A DNA stretch of 64,000 nt. Source: Escherichia phage JLBYU31. Both the position numbers and the translations under genes were made by a program. Positions 20,188 through 29,372 of the stretch are shown piece after piece. The DNA lies in sequence record OK272473.1. One strand, written 5' to 3'. The notes beneath the pieces were generated by a model. That model saw nothing but the letters and a program-made list of their open reading frames with translations, did not search any database and was not told where the DNA came from. Within the stretch, counting starts at the first letter, position 1, and each line of letters starts with the position of its first letter.

Positions 20188-22244
20188 TACATTTTGAACT
20201 TTTTAGACATTCCGTTGATGTTAACCAAAGAAGCCAAGATTTGAGAAACTTCGTTTTCCTCTTCTTTTGATTCTTCTACAAGGAATTGATTAAATCCAGC
20301 CATTGGACGAACTTCACCAGTTTCCATTAGATGGTCGCCATCATATACCGATTCCTCTAATTGTTCAGAAGGAGGAACGATTGTACCTTCTATTAGATAC
20401 TTGTTATAAGCAGTTTCTTTCATAAAGTACGTGCTCACTTTATTAATCTTCAGTAAAATTCCACGCGGTAGAATAACTTCAGCTTCTGATGGAAATCCTG
20501 ATAAATGACCTGGAACGATAACTTTGATTCGCTCAGCTCCTTTAATTACCATACCCACGCTAGTTTCAGCATCTTCATTAGCATATGTAGAATGACTACC
20601 CATATGCATCAAATCTTCTGCATCAACGGAACCTTCTCCTTCGCCAGAAAATACTGCACCGGAATCATCTAGAGCCATATAGTTTTTACCATGCTCACCG
20701 AAGATATTTGGTTTAAGCGATGTGGATACGAAGTTCTTGAAATAGAACATTTTGTTTTCAATGTTATGACGCAAAGTTTTAAAGGTAACTTCTTGCCCAC
20801 GATAAAGAGTAGTTCCTGGAGGAAGAACTGAACCTTTAGCGAATGCAGAATCCAACGTCTCAATATGTTTAATAGCTCGTTCCATATATTCTTCACGGGT
20901 AGAATCTGGTTTACCCAAGAGGAACGAGTTCATTTCAACATATGAATCTGCACAATAATCTTCAATTACATCAGACTCAGCCTGAGTCAGTCCTTTTGGA
21001 GTTACTTCGGTGCTTGCGTATTCATACGCCTGGGCAGCAGATTCATTAATCAATTTATAAATGCCATTCATGACAAATTGAATAATAGCTGTCTTTTCAT
21101 CTGGCGTAGCTTTAGAACCTTTAACTAAATCATTAATAATTTTCTTAATAACATCAAAGCTATTAGAAATATTAATGTCAGCAAGATCGCTTAAAATTTT
21201 ATCAGTTTTATAATCAAAGAATTCTTTATTCTTTAAATATTCTTGAGAACCTTGATATGTTATATCGCTCTGCAACTTGATGGATGGATCACGTAAACGT
21301 GCATGGGCTAATGCAATATGATTTCGGAAGTTTTCTAGTTCATAATCGCTAGATTTAAAACGAGAAGCGCTCCTCATACCACCGATAGCTCCTTTGTTGA
21401 AGTTTGAACCAATCTGAATAACGCCAGAGTTCATTGGTCCTTCTGCTTTATATACCGGAACTTTAGATTCAAACTCTTGATATTTCTTAGCAGCGAAGCT
21501 ATCACCCTGAAGTGAAGCATCAACAGTAGAATATTGAGCTTGTGCTGCTAATCGACGACTAATTTTAGTTTTCTGAATAACAGCTTGATCCGTGCGCTTA
21601 TCATTTTCTAAGGCAATAGAAGCAGCAACAGCAACAGCTTTAGGAACAGCATTACCTGTTTTAACGTCTACATAAACATCACCAACCTTTGATTCAACTT
21701 TTGTGAATAACTCAGTTGAAATAGGAGGTACACCTGGAATGTCTTCTAAATTGGCATTTTTACGGTAAACCATAATATATGCATATTTCTTATCATAGTC
21801 CCAGATTTCCTTTAAAAGAACATATCGGCCTGCTCCTTTAGTACGTACTAAACGGTCAGCAATAACTTGCATTTGACGAGCTGCGCCATTTGTTTTACTC
21901 TTTAGTACGCGGAATAAGCATGCATCAATTTTATACTGTTTCATTGTTTGAAGAGCAGTATCAAAAACAGCATTAATGACGCCAATTGGATTTCCACCCA
22001 AGTTTTTAAGCTTAACTAATGATAGTTTCTCATTAACACCTATCATTACGATATGCATCATTTTGTCGCCTGGCTTAACGTTTTTATTCGTATCACCGCC
22101 AGAGGTGTATGTACAAAATCTAAATCCAGGAAGCACGCTTTCTTCACCGGCTTGAATAGCAAAAATTTGTGGTATTTTATGCTTAGGATTTAAGTTAACA
22201 ACCGGCGCCGAAGCGCCGTCAAATAATTCTGTAATAAGTTCCAT
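20187..22244 (-). CDS. Alt-family ADP-ribosyltransferase paralog (685 aa)
   Basis: N-terminus MELITELFD shared with the adjacent paralog; C-terminal R-S-E motifs (LYRGQ, FVSTSL, EAEVILPRG). Confidence 0.8.
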   Translation of the reverse strand: MELITELFDGASAPVVNLNPKHKIPQIFAIQAGEESVLPGFRFCTYTSGGDTNKNVKPGDKMMHIVMIGVNEKLSLVKLKNLGGNPIGVINAVFDTALQTMKQYKIDACLFRVLKSKTNGAARQMQVIADRLVRTKGAGRYVLLKEIWDYDKKYAYIMVYRKNANLEDIPGVPPISTELFTKVESKVGDVYVDVKTGNAVPKAVAVAASIALENDKRTDQAVIQKTKISRRLAAQAQYSTVDASLQGDSFAAKKYQEFESKVPVYKAEGPMNSGVIQIGSNFNKGAIGGMRSASRFKSSDYELENFRNHIALAHARLRDPSIKLQSDITYQGSQEYLKNKEFFDYKTDKILSDLADINISNSFDVIKKIINDLVKGSKATPDEKTAIIQFVMNGIYKLINESAAQAYEYASTEVTPKGLTQAESDVIEDYCADSYVEMNSFLLGKPDSTREEYMERAIKHIETLDSAFAKGSVLPPGTTLYRGQEVTFKTLRHNIENKMFYFKNFVSTSLKPNIFGEHGKNYMALDDSGAVFSGEGEGSVDAEDLMHMGSHSTYANEDAETSVGMVIKGAERIKVIVPGHLSGFPSEAEVILPRGILLKINKVSTYFMKETAYNKYLIEGTIVPPSEQLEESVYDGDHLMETGEVRPMAGFNQFLVEESKEEENEVSQILASLVNINGMSKKFKM

Positions 22245-22247
22245 GAT

Positions 22248-24344
22248 TTATCCTTGAACGAACTTGTAAGGCATGTTTGTAATATCTATGCAAGACGCAA
22301 TAATTCCAAGAGATGATTCTACTTTCTGTTTAACGTTTGATGAAACAAATGATGCAAAGTCAACTCTGTCTTCTATTTCAATATCACCTGTCATTGCAAC
22401 CAATTCACCAGTTTCCATTAAATGGTCTCCATCATAGATTACCGATTCGGTGAGCTCTTCCGTAGTCATAACTTCAGCTTGAATGAGTTTTGTATTATTA
22501 GATGTTGTTCCGTCATTATTAGAAGCATCAGTTATTTTATTAACTTTGACCATCAATCCACGCGGTAGAATAACTTCAGCTTCTGTTGCTATTCCGAGAC
22601 TTCCTGGATATACAACATTAACTTTATGAGCTCCATCAATTGCCCATCCTATTTGAACTTTAACGTATTCAGGATTTTCTTTATACGCTCTTATTTCGTT
22701 TGGATTAATAGTTATTCCTTCTTCATTTTTATCAACTGTTAATTCATTGCGAGCTTCTGGTTCTAAAAGACCAATACCAGCATGTGTAATTCCAAAACGT
22801 CCAAAAATGATAGGAGTTAAAGAAGTAGATACAAAATTTCTGAAGTAGAACACTTTATTTTTAACTAACGCTTCATATATAGGAGCAGTCATACTTTGAG
22901 CACGATAAACTGTAATGCCTTCTGGTATACGGTCACCATTTTCAAAAGCTGAATCTAAGTTATTTATAGCAGATTCAATTTCTTTTTCACTCATTACATC
23001 ATATCGTTCTGGATTGTAACGACCTAAAAGAAGATTATTGATGTCAGTATATCCTGAACCGCAATATTCTCTAATGCCATGCTTTTGTGATGGAGTATAT
23101 TTAGAACCATCGCGGGCAATAGTAATATCAATCATTGGACCAGCACCAATTCCAGAAAAACTGTAAATCATTCGTTTGAGGAATTTAGTTTTTGCTGCGT
23201 TCCAGGAATTTTTAGTTATTTCTTCCCAGACTTCATCTGGTTGTCCTTTACGATTTTTATTATGATTAGCAAGCCATTTATCTTTATAATCTTCAAAGAA
23301 TTGATTTATAGCTGCTGCGTATTTCTCTAAACATTTTATTGAAGTAGTTGGTTCATTTTTAATTGCATTAAAAATTACTTCTTTAATTTTTTCTGAAACT
23401 TCACCGACTTGACTCATTGGAAAGAATTTATAATCATAGTGAAGTTCATCTGCCGTTCCTTCAGCAATAATTTTTGCTGCCTTTGTTTTAGAAGCTAATG
23501 AATTAATTCCAATTTTCATTTCTTCTGCTTCGGGAATTAAAGGTGCAGTAGCTGGTTTATTAAAATTAGCTGCTGTAGATTCATACTTCTGGAATAATTC
23601 ACTTTCAAATCTAGAAGATTCCAATGACTGACTTTGTGCAATTGCTCTACGGGAAATTTTAACTTTAACGATTACAGCTTGGTCAGAACGTTTATCGTTT
23701 TCTTGCGCAATAGATGCAGCAATTGCTTCATTTTTGGTTACTTGAGCTCCAGTATCTTTATTAATATAAACATCACCGACCTTCGATTCAACCTTAGTAA
23801 AGAGCTCGGTACTAATTTCCGGAACCCCTGGAATGTCTTCTAGTGATACATTTTTGCGATGTATAAGAATATATGCATACTTTTTATCATAATCCCAGAG
23901 TTCCTTAAGAAGGACGTATCTGCCACCTGAACGACTACGGATAAGTCTATCAGCAATAACTTGAATTTGTCGAGCTTGGCCAGCAGTTTTAGACTTAAGA
24001 ATACGAAGCATACAAGCATCAATTTTATATTGACGCATTGTTTGCATTGCAACAGTAAAAACTGAATTGATATAATTAATTGGGCTTGGACCAAGACCTT
24101 TTAATTTAGCAATTGAACCTTTAGCAGTTAATGTAAAAGGAACAATATGCATCATTTTGTCGCCCATTTTTAAATCACGATTAGTATCACCTCCAGATGT
24201 ATAGGTACATAAACGAAAGCCTGGTTGTTCAATTGCATCATCAACATGAACTGAAAAAATTTGTGGTATTTTCTTCTTTGGATTTAAGTTTGTAATCGGA
24301 AGAGTAGTATCTTCGTCAAATAATTCTGTAATGAGTTCCATCAT
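22248..24344 (-). CDS. alt: Alt ADP-ribosyltransferase (698 aa), head-packaged internal protein
   Basis: N-terminus MELITELFD; R-S-E motifs (VYRAQ, FVSTSL, EAEVILPRG); late promoter immediately upstream; position next to ligase gene. Confidence 0.8.
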   Translation of the reverse strand: MMELITELFDEDTTLPITNLNPKKKIPQIFSVHVDDAIEQPGFRLCTYTSGGDTNRDLKMGDKMMHIVPFTLTAKGSIAKLKGLGPSPINYINSVFTVAMQTMRQYKIDACMLRILKSKTAGQARQIQVIADRLIRSRSGGRYVLLKELWDYDKKYAYILIHRKNVSLEDIPGVPEISTELFTKVESKVGDVYINKDTGAQVTKNEAIAASIAQENDKRSDQAVIVKVKISRRAIAQSQSLESSRFESELFQKYESTAANFNKPATAPLIPEAEEMKIGINSLASKTKAAKIIAEGTADELHYDYKFFPMSQVGEVSEKIKEVIFNAIKNEPTTSIKCLEKYAAAINQFFEDYKDKWLANHNKNRKGQPDEVWEEITKNSWNAAKTKFLKRMIYSFSGIGAGPMIDITIARDGSKYTPSQKHGIREYCGSGYTDINNLLLGRYNPERYDVMSEKEIESAINNLDSAFENGDRIPEGITVYRAQSMTAPIYEALVKNKVFYFRNFVSTSLTPIIFGRFGITHAGIGLLEPEARNELTVDKNEEGITINPNEIRAYKENPEYVKVQIGWAIDGAHKVNVVYPGSLGIATEAEVILPRGLMVKVNKITDASNNDGTTSNNTKLIQAEVMTTEELTESVIYDGDHLMETGELVAMTGDIEIEDRVDFASFVSSNVKQKVESSLGIIASCIDITNMPYKFVQG

Positions 24345-24364
24345 ATCCTCTCTAGTGTTTATTC

Positions 24365-24372
24365 TATTTATA
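24365..24372 (-). promoter_or_regulatory. late promoter TATAAATA (minus) upstream of alt
   Basis: Plus TATTTATA 21 nt upstream of the alt ATG. Confidence 0.55.
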
Positions 24373-24377
24373 AAATT

Positions 24378-24395
24378 AAAGGCCCGAAGGCCTTT
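24378..24395 (-). terminator. hairpin AAAGGCC-YUCG-GGCCUUU at end of ligase operon
   Basis: 7-bp stem overlapping the stop of the 62-aa ORF, followed by AAUUUUAUAAAU. Confidence 0.6.
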
Positions 24396-24582
24396 AATAA
24401 TCTATTGGTAAGAGAGTACGATATATTTCAAACTTTGGACCTTTTTCATAGGCATCAAATGTTTCTGTGAATTTATTATAAGCATATGCATCTATAAATT
24501 CAATCATGATTTGTGATACAGAAGTAGAAACATCTCCACCTTCTTTTTGAGCCACGACAATTGTTTCTAAGTAAGCTTTCAT
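24394..24582 (-). CDS. hypothetical protein (62 aa)
   Basis: ATGA overlap with the ligase stop. Confidence 0.6.
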   Translation of the reverse strand: MKAYLETIVVAQKEGGDVSTSVSQIMIEFIDAYAYNKFTETFDAYEKGPKFEIYRTLLPIDY

Positions 24583-26042
24583 AAACCAGTTACCTCATGA
24601 AAATCGCCAAATACATCTTCGAACGTATTAGCTTTAGTTTTATCTTCACGTAAACGAATCGCAATCGGAAGAAATAATTTAACGTAATCAGTGCGACCAT
24701 CAGATTTTAACCAACCGTTGCATTCGCACTCTAGAATTTTTCCAATATAATAATTTTGATTTTCCATAATGCGAGTACGATCAAGTTCATGCGATTTTAC
24801 ACCGGCTTTATCTTTTAAGCCTGAACCAGCATTTACTTTAATTTTTCCACACTCTGATTCAAGAACGAAACCACCTGCTTTAGTAGGGTCTTTACGGTGA
24901 GGATAAATTCCTACAATTTTTAAATCAACATCAATTACTTCTTTAAATTTATAGAGATTTTTTGAACGAGCATTTTCCCATAATCCATCGATATTTTTGA
25001 GAATAATACCTTCAAGACCTTGGTCAATATACTTTTTGTAAATTACCTTAGCTTCATCTAGGTTATTTACTACTTGGTTTTCAATTAAAATTACTTTATC
25101 ATAGCCTGATGTCATTTGTTCTAGTTTAGAAAAACGTACATCATACTTTAAACGAAATGCAGGAAGACCATATATTTCTACTAATGGAACATAATCCCAG
25201 ACCTGAAACTTCATGCATTGTGCTTCTTTTTCGGAAATGGTTCCCTTTAAAGATTTATTAGCGATTCCATTAGAAGTAGTACGTGATTCAGCTACTTCAG
25301 CGAATTCTTTAGCTTTACTAATTTCAGGATAAGCATCAAAAAGAAAATCTAGGACTTCTGGTTCCTTTTCAACTTGCTCATGGTATACCAATTCGCCATC
25401 AATTAACACACCTTCTGGATGAATCTGGCGAGCTTCTGCAGTCATTTTGATTAACTCTTCCTTGAGAAGATCTAATCCTAGATATTCATTACCAGCTCGT
25501 GATAAAAGACGAACATCATCTAATTCATCACCTCTGACTTCGGCAAAGCACCGAGCTCCATCAGCTTTTAATTGGGCAAAGGCTGGAAATTTGATATTCT
25601 TATTAATGCCTTTTTCATCATAAGAACTTGCCAGCATTTGAGGTTGTTCAGGAATTAAACCTGGCCAAACTTTATTTGCAATAGATACTGATGCACCGCA
25701 TTCAAGGTCTCGCATCATCACCCGACGCAAAACTTCAACATCATCTTTTTTACCATCGGTGATGTATCCAGTTAATTCCTCAATCGCCGCATTTCCAGTC
25801 AATTTCCGAGTAGCTAACGTGAATTCAATGAAGTCAAGCATATCGGTAAGAGTCAACATTCCAAAACTCTGGGTAGCAATACCAGGTTTAGGCCATTTCT
25901 TGATATAATACTGTAACCCACGAGAATAAGTCAGACGATATACTCGTTTAAGCAATTCATTATCTTTATTCTTTTCAAGAATTGCTTGCTTCTGCTTAGT
26001 TGAACCAATAGATGCTATTTCGTTCAGAATTTTAAGAATCAT
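24579..26042 (-). CDS. 30: ATP-dependent DNA ligase gp30
   Basis: 487 aa, N-terminus MILKILNEIASIGSTKQKQAILEKNKDNELLKRVY and KADGAR adenylation motif as in T4 DNA ligase. Confidence 0.97.
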   Translation of the reverse strand: MILKILNEIASIGSTKQKQAILEKNKDNELLKRVYRLTYSRGLQYYIKKWPKPGIATQSFGMLTLTDMLDFIEFTLATRKLTGNAAIEELTGYITDGKKDDVEVLRRVMMRDLECGASVSIANKVWPGLIPEQPQMLASSYDEKGINKNIKFPAFAQLKADGARCFAEVRGDELDDVRLLSRAGNEYLGLDLLKEELIKMTAEARQIHPEGVLIDGELVYHEQVEKEPEVLDFLFDAYPEISKAKEFAEVAESRTTSNGIANKSLKGTISEKEAQCMKFQVWDYVPLVEIYGLPAFRLKYDVRFSKLEQMTSGYDKVILIENQVVNNLDEAKVIYKKYIDQGLEGIILKNIDGLWENARSKNLYKFKEVIDVDLKIVGIYPHRKDPTKAGGFVLESECGKIKVNAGSGLKDKAGVKSHELDRTRIMENQNYYIGKILECECNGWLKSDGRTDYVKLFLPIAIRLREDKTKANTFEDVFGDFHEVTGL

Positions 26043-26308
26043 TGTTCATCCTTTAGAGTTTGGTTTACAGCTCTATTATAAATCAATTCATCATTAAGCT
26101 CAGTCAAAGACCTGTGGTACGTTGTTCTAACTTTATTTCCTTGCATCCAGTGCTTGACGTAAATGAAACCTTGCTCTACACATTTTTTAAAAATTCGTTC
26201 GTCTTTTTGAGCTCGGAATTCTGGATTGCATCTAAAAAATTGATTTACGTGACCGTAATCACGTGTAGTATTACCTTCATTTTCATAAATAGTGTGAACG
26301 ACAAACAT
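26039..26308 (-). CDS. hypothetical protein (89 aa)
   Basis: ORF with ATG, ATGA-coupled to ligase. Confidence 0.6.
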   Translation of the reverse strand: MFVVHTIYENEGNTTRDYGHVNQFFRCNPEFRAQKDERIFKKCVEQGFIYVKHWMQGNKVRTTYHRSLTELNDELIYNRAVNQTLKDEQ

Positions 26309-27144
26309 TAGAATGCTCCTTGGAAAATATTATCACCACTAGTAGGTCTATTATACAAATACTCTATGCCACCGGGTTTAATATAGTTCCATGTCTGAAA
26401 CGGATGCGTCTGATATGGATGATATGGATTATAAGGATTAAATCCAGGAGTTCTCCAGGTAGTATTCCAACGAAAAGAATCGTTTTTAATCATCTTCTCG
26501 ATTGCATCTTTTATAGCTTTTTCACTATCAAAACTTTCTTTATTTTCCTTCGATGGAAAAAGCTTATTCTCTACATCATTCCATGTATAAACTCGCTGTG
26601 CAGTTTTTGGAATACTGTCACGCTCCCCTCGAGCCATCCAATAAACAGGAACATTTAATATTTCACTCGCGTGATCGCAATGGTGAGCGAGATCGTCAAT
26701 ATAACAAATTACGTTATATTTCTCTTTTGCCTTTTTGAACAACTCTTCTTTTGAAGAATCATGACCACACATCAATACTTCTGAGAAGGCACCAGGAAAA
26801 AGAGCATTCAAATTAAATTGACGATTCAGCAGAGCGTCAATAGAATCACCCAATGCTGTAACAGCTACAAAATTATAATCTTCTTTTAATTTATTAATTA
26901 CACACAGGGCATCTTTATATGGAGACAAGTAACGAATAAAATCTGAACGATTGTATTTTTCAATTAACTTGACGCCAAGTTCTTCATCACAATTAAAAAG
27001 TTTACCTGGAGAAATAAATTTCTCATCTTGGATCATTTTTAAAATATGTTCCAACGGAAGATTATATTTCTGGGCAAAATAAGGAAGTCCTGATTGCCAG
27101 CTTAAACATACTCCATCAATATCAGTTAAAATAGTAGGCTTCAT
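26308..27144 (-). CDS. HAD-like hydrolase (278 aa), possible nucleotidase/phosphatase
   Basis: N-terminal motif ILTDIDGV (DxDG(T/V)) and downstream YIDD; Pro/Tyr-rich C-terminus. Confidence 0.55.
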   Translation of the reverse strand: MKPTILTDIDGVCLSWQSGLPYFAQKYNLPLEHILKMIQDEKFISPGKLFNCDEELGVKLIEKYNRSDFIRYLSPYKDALCVINKLKEDYNFVAVTALGDSIDALLNRQFNLNALFPGAFSEVLMCGHDSSKEELFKKAKEKYNVICYIDDLAHHCDHASEILNVPVYWMARGERDSIPKTAQRVYTWNDVENKLFPSKENKESFDSEKAIKDAIEKMIKNDSFRWNTTWRTPGFNPYNPYHPYQTHPFQTWNYIKPGGIEYLYNRPTSGDNIFQGAF

Positions 27145-27599
27145 AGAGAGTCTCTTAATAGGTTTAACACATCAATAAATTCAGCTTCGGTTAGTATTGT
27201 ATCATCTTTTGTTAGACCACTAGCCATGCTGTGCTTCAAAACTTTTCCTTTCGAGGCTAGTAATGCATCACGAAAGCCCTTGTTTTGAATCGCTGCTTCA
27301 AAATATGCATTTGTGTATAATTCTTTCCACGCCGGGGAGTATCTTGAAAACGGAACTCCGAGCCAGAAGAGGGTCCCACGGTCCTGAGCTCTTGCATAAG
27401 ACCTTCCAGCTTGCTGTGCGGCAAGCCCGGATAACCCAAATATACGACGTTGTTGTTCAACATTTTTCACCTTACACCCTTGGAGGAATCCTTCGAGACC
27501 TCCAAATTGAATACCATCCATGACGAAAGACCATTGGGCGAAATTACTTAATGCACATGATGGCCACCTAAAATTGCTTCTAATCTCTAACTCAGACAT
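27141..27599 (-). CDS. NADAR/YbiA-like (DUF1768-type) protein (152 aa)
   Basis: Motifs LSNFAQW and GLEGFLQGCK resemble YbiA FSNFAAW / SEHYFQAQK; track ORF started at TTG, first ATG at 27599. Confidence 0.5.
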   Translation of the reverse strand: MSELEIRSNFRWPSCALSNFAQWSFVMDGIQFGGLEGFLQGCKVKNVEQQRRIFGLSGLAAQQAGRSYARAQDRGTLFWLGVPFSRYSPAWKELYTNAYFEAAIQNKGFRDALLASKGKVLKHSMASGLTKDDTILTEAEFIDVLNLLRDSL

Positions 27600-27798
27600 T
27601 TTCAATGCTTATAATTTCAACATCAGCCCAATGACCATAGCAAGGAAGACGAAATTCAACTGGCCAGTTAGGGTCCTTTTCTAATATAATAGACTTAACT
27701 TGTGGTTCTTCATGTTCATCAGTATATGGATTTTTATCTGTTACTTTATATGTGACCTTAATGTACTGAATTCCAAAAATCTTATTAATTATGTTCAT
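27592..27798 (-). CDS. hypothetical protein (68 aa)
   Basis: ORF with ATG. Confidence 0.5.
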   Translation of the reverse strand: MNIINKIFGIQYIKVTYKVTDKNPYTDEHEEPQVKSIILEKDPNWPVEFRLPCYGHWADVEIISIENV

Positions 27799-27992
27799 AC
27801 TAATTCCTTTAATCCGTAAATAGGAGATAATTCATCACCCATGCGAAGGTCTTCATTTCCATCTACCCAGGAAACAATATAAGCCTCTTTTATTTGAATA
27901 CCACTCCATTTAAATGGAGGTAGAACCTTAGAAATTAATCCAGGTATACCAACTCCCTTTAATTCAACAGTTTGACCTAAAAAGAATTTCAT
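27795..27992 (-). CDS. hypothetical protein (65 aa)
   Basis: ORF with ATG, ATGA coupling. Confidence 0.5.
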   Translation of the reverse strand: MKFFLGQTVELKGVGIPGLISKVLPPFKWSGIQIKEAYIVSWVDGNEDLRMGDELSPIYGLKELV

Positions 27993-28279
27993 TAGAACCT
28001 CATCTGAAAACCGTGCGATTTAACATTACCGCCACCAATATCAGAGATATTAATTTCGCGCGCAATTGAAGGGTCAATGTCAATTTCACGATTGAGTTTA
28101 GTGATAGCTAAAGTATCGCGCCCATTTACAGTACGAAACTCTAAAGGACAAACCACATCAACGTAGTTTTTAATCGATTCGCTAGTAGGTTGCAAATGTG
28201 CAGGAAGGTCTTTAGGCGCCTTTGAGAAAACTACTTCGCAGAAGTTTTTACGGGTATCAAAATAAGTAGTCATAAACAT
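27992..28279 (-). CDS. hypothetical protein (95 aa)
   Basis: Track ORF begins at TTG 28330; first ATG at 28279 follows SD GAGGAA and lies downstream of an intergenic hairpin. Confidence 0.5.
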   Translation of the reverse strand: MFMTTYFDTRKNFCEVVFSKAPKDLPAHLQPTSESIKNYVDVVCPLEFRTVNGRDTLAITKLNREIDIDPSIAREINISDIGGGNVKSHGFQMRF

Positions 28280-28296
28280 AACATTTTCCTCAGTAA

Positions 28297-28310
28297 GGGG
28301 CCAAAGCCCC
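28297..28310 (-). other. intercistronic hairpin GGGGC-UUUG-GCCCC
   Basis: GC stem-loop between the stop at 28320 and the SD of the next ORF; no U-run. Confidence 0.45.
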
Positions 28311-28319
28311 TCATTTATT

Positions 28320-28685
28320 TTAAATATCAAATTCGTTAAGAACTACATCAAAGATTGCTTCAAGATGCTCAGGTTTAGCTCTGTTACTCAGAATATGACG
28401 AATCCAAGTTTTAACCAAAAGCTTGCGATTAACGCCATTCCAGCAAGGATGAGTCCCTAAATCGCGTTCACGGAAATCATCATCCAGAGCGATTTTAAAG
28501 TTGGAACCTTCCATCGTGATTGAAACCGTGATACCGTTTTCAAATCGCATATAAACGTAATTAGGAGTCATATACTGTTCAATTTCGCATACTGAACCAT
28601 TTTGATGTTTCCAGAGGCAAATAGTATCAATAGAACCTGCAATACCATTAGAAACATATTTACGTTCAAAGTTGATGTAGTTCAT
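28320..28685 (-). CDS. hypothetical protein (121 aa)
   Basis: Track start is TTG 28697; first ATG 28685 preceded by GGAG. Confidence 0.55.
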   Translation of the reverse strand: MNYINFERKYVSNGIAGSIDTICLWKHQNGSVCEIEQYMTPNYVYMRFENGITVSITMEGSNFKIALDDDFRERDLGTHPCWNGVNRKLLVKTWIRHILSNRAKPEHLEAIFDVVLNEFDI

Positions 28686-28721
28686 TTTATTCTCCAAGAT
28701 GTTTAATTGCGGTACAGGTAT

Positions 28722-28750
28722 ATAATATCATATCCTGTACCAAAGTAAAC
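28722..28750 (-). promoter_or_regulatory. early promoter GTTTAC-N17-TATTAT (TGa extended -10), embedded in 8-bp inverted repeat GGTACAGG/CCTGTACC
   Basis: Read on minus strand upstream of the ORF starting at 28685. Confidence 0.5.
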
Positions 28751-28752
28751 AA

Positions 28753-29085
28753 TTATTTTACTACTTTCCAATGCTGCATGTCAAGTTTACCAACTTTTTT
28801 CATCTTCTCAATTAAGCGTTCGGCACGTTGGCGAGCTGTAACATAATACCATTCACCTAATTCATTTTGTTCAATTTTTCCAACGATTACTGTATTCAAT
28901 TCATAAATCCAACCAGTAAAGAAATTATGAACTTGAATTGTAAAGGTGAAATCTGTTCCCATACCTTCTGTTGTTTCTACTTCAATAATATCACCTTCAA
29001 CTGCCATTAAGAACCACATAGTTTCATCATATTTACCATTGAAGCATTTAGTTTTAACTGTAGCGTTCAGATTAATCGTTTTCAT
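28753..29085 (-). CDS. hypothetical protein (110 aa)
   Basis: ATG with SD AAGGAGAAT. Confidence 0.6.
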   Translation of the reverse strand: MKTINLNATVKTKCFNGKYDETMWFLMAVEGDIIEVETTEGMGTDFTFTIQVHNFFTGWIYELNTVIVGKIEQNELGEWYYVTARQRAERLIEKMKKVGKLDMQHWKVVK

Positions 29086-29112
29086 TTTATTCTCCTTTGT
29101 TTGTGTAAGATA

Positions 29113-29142
29113 ATACTATCACAAAGGAACCATACTGTAAAC
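29113..29142 (-). promoter_or_regulatory. early promoter GTTTAC-N18-TAGTAT (TGa extended -10)
   Basis: Located between the terminator at 29161-29190 and the ORF start at 29085. Confidence 0.5.
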
Positions 29143-29160
29143 AACTTTATGCAATCTTTG

Positions 29161-29190
29161 GAAAATAAAAAAGGACTCCCGAAGGAGTCC
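29161..29190 (-). terminator. hairpin GGACUCC-UUCG-GGAGUCC followed by UUUUUUAUUUU
   Basis: 7-bp GC stem with UUCG loop and long U-run on minus strand, 6 nt after the stop of the basic-protein ORF. Confidence 0.8.
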
Positions 29191-29195
29191 TCAAC

Positions 29196-29372
29196 TTATG
29201 CTTTCTGCTTACCAAAACGAGAAGCATCATCTCGAAGAACCGCACGTGCTCGGCGCATGATCTTCTCAACAGTTTGATTGATACGAGAGTTCGACCCACG
29301 CTTGTAGCCAGCGCGTTTAGAATCACCAACTTTCTTTTCAACTGCTTTCTTTGCTTTAGCTTGTTTTGCCAT
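29196..29372 (-). CDS. small basic protein (58 aa; K/R-rich)
   Basis: ORF MAKQAKAKKAVEKKVG..; second ATG chosen because of SD AAGAGAA; first ATG at 29414 also possible. Confidence 0.5.
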   Translation of the reverse strand: MAKQAKAKKAVEKKVGDSKRAGYKRGSNSRINQTVEKIMRRARAVLRDDASRFGKQKA

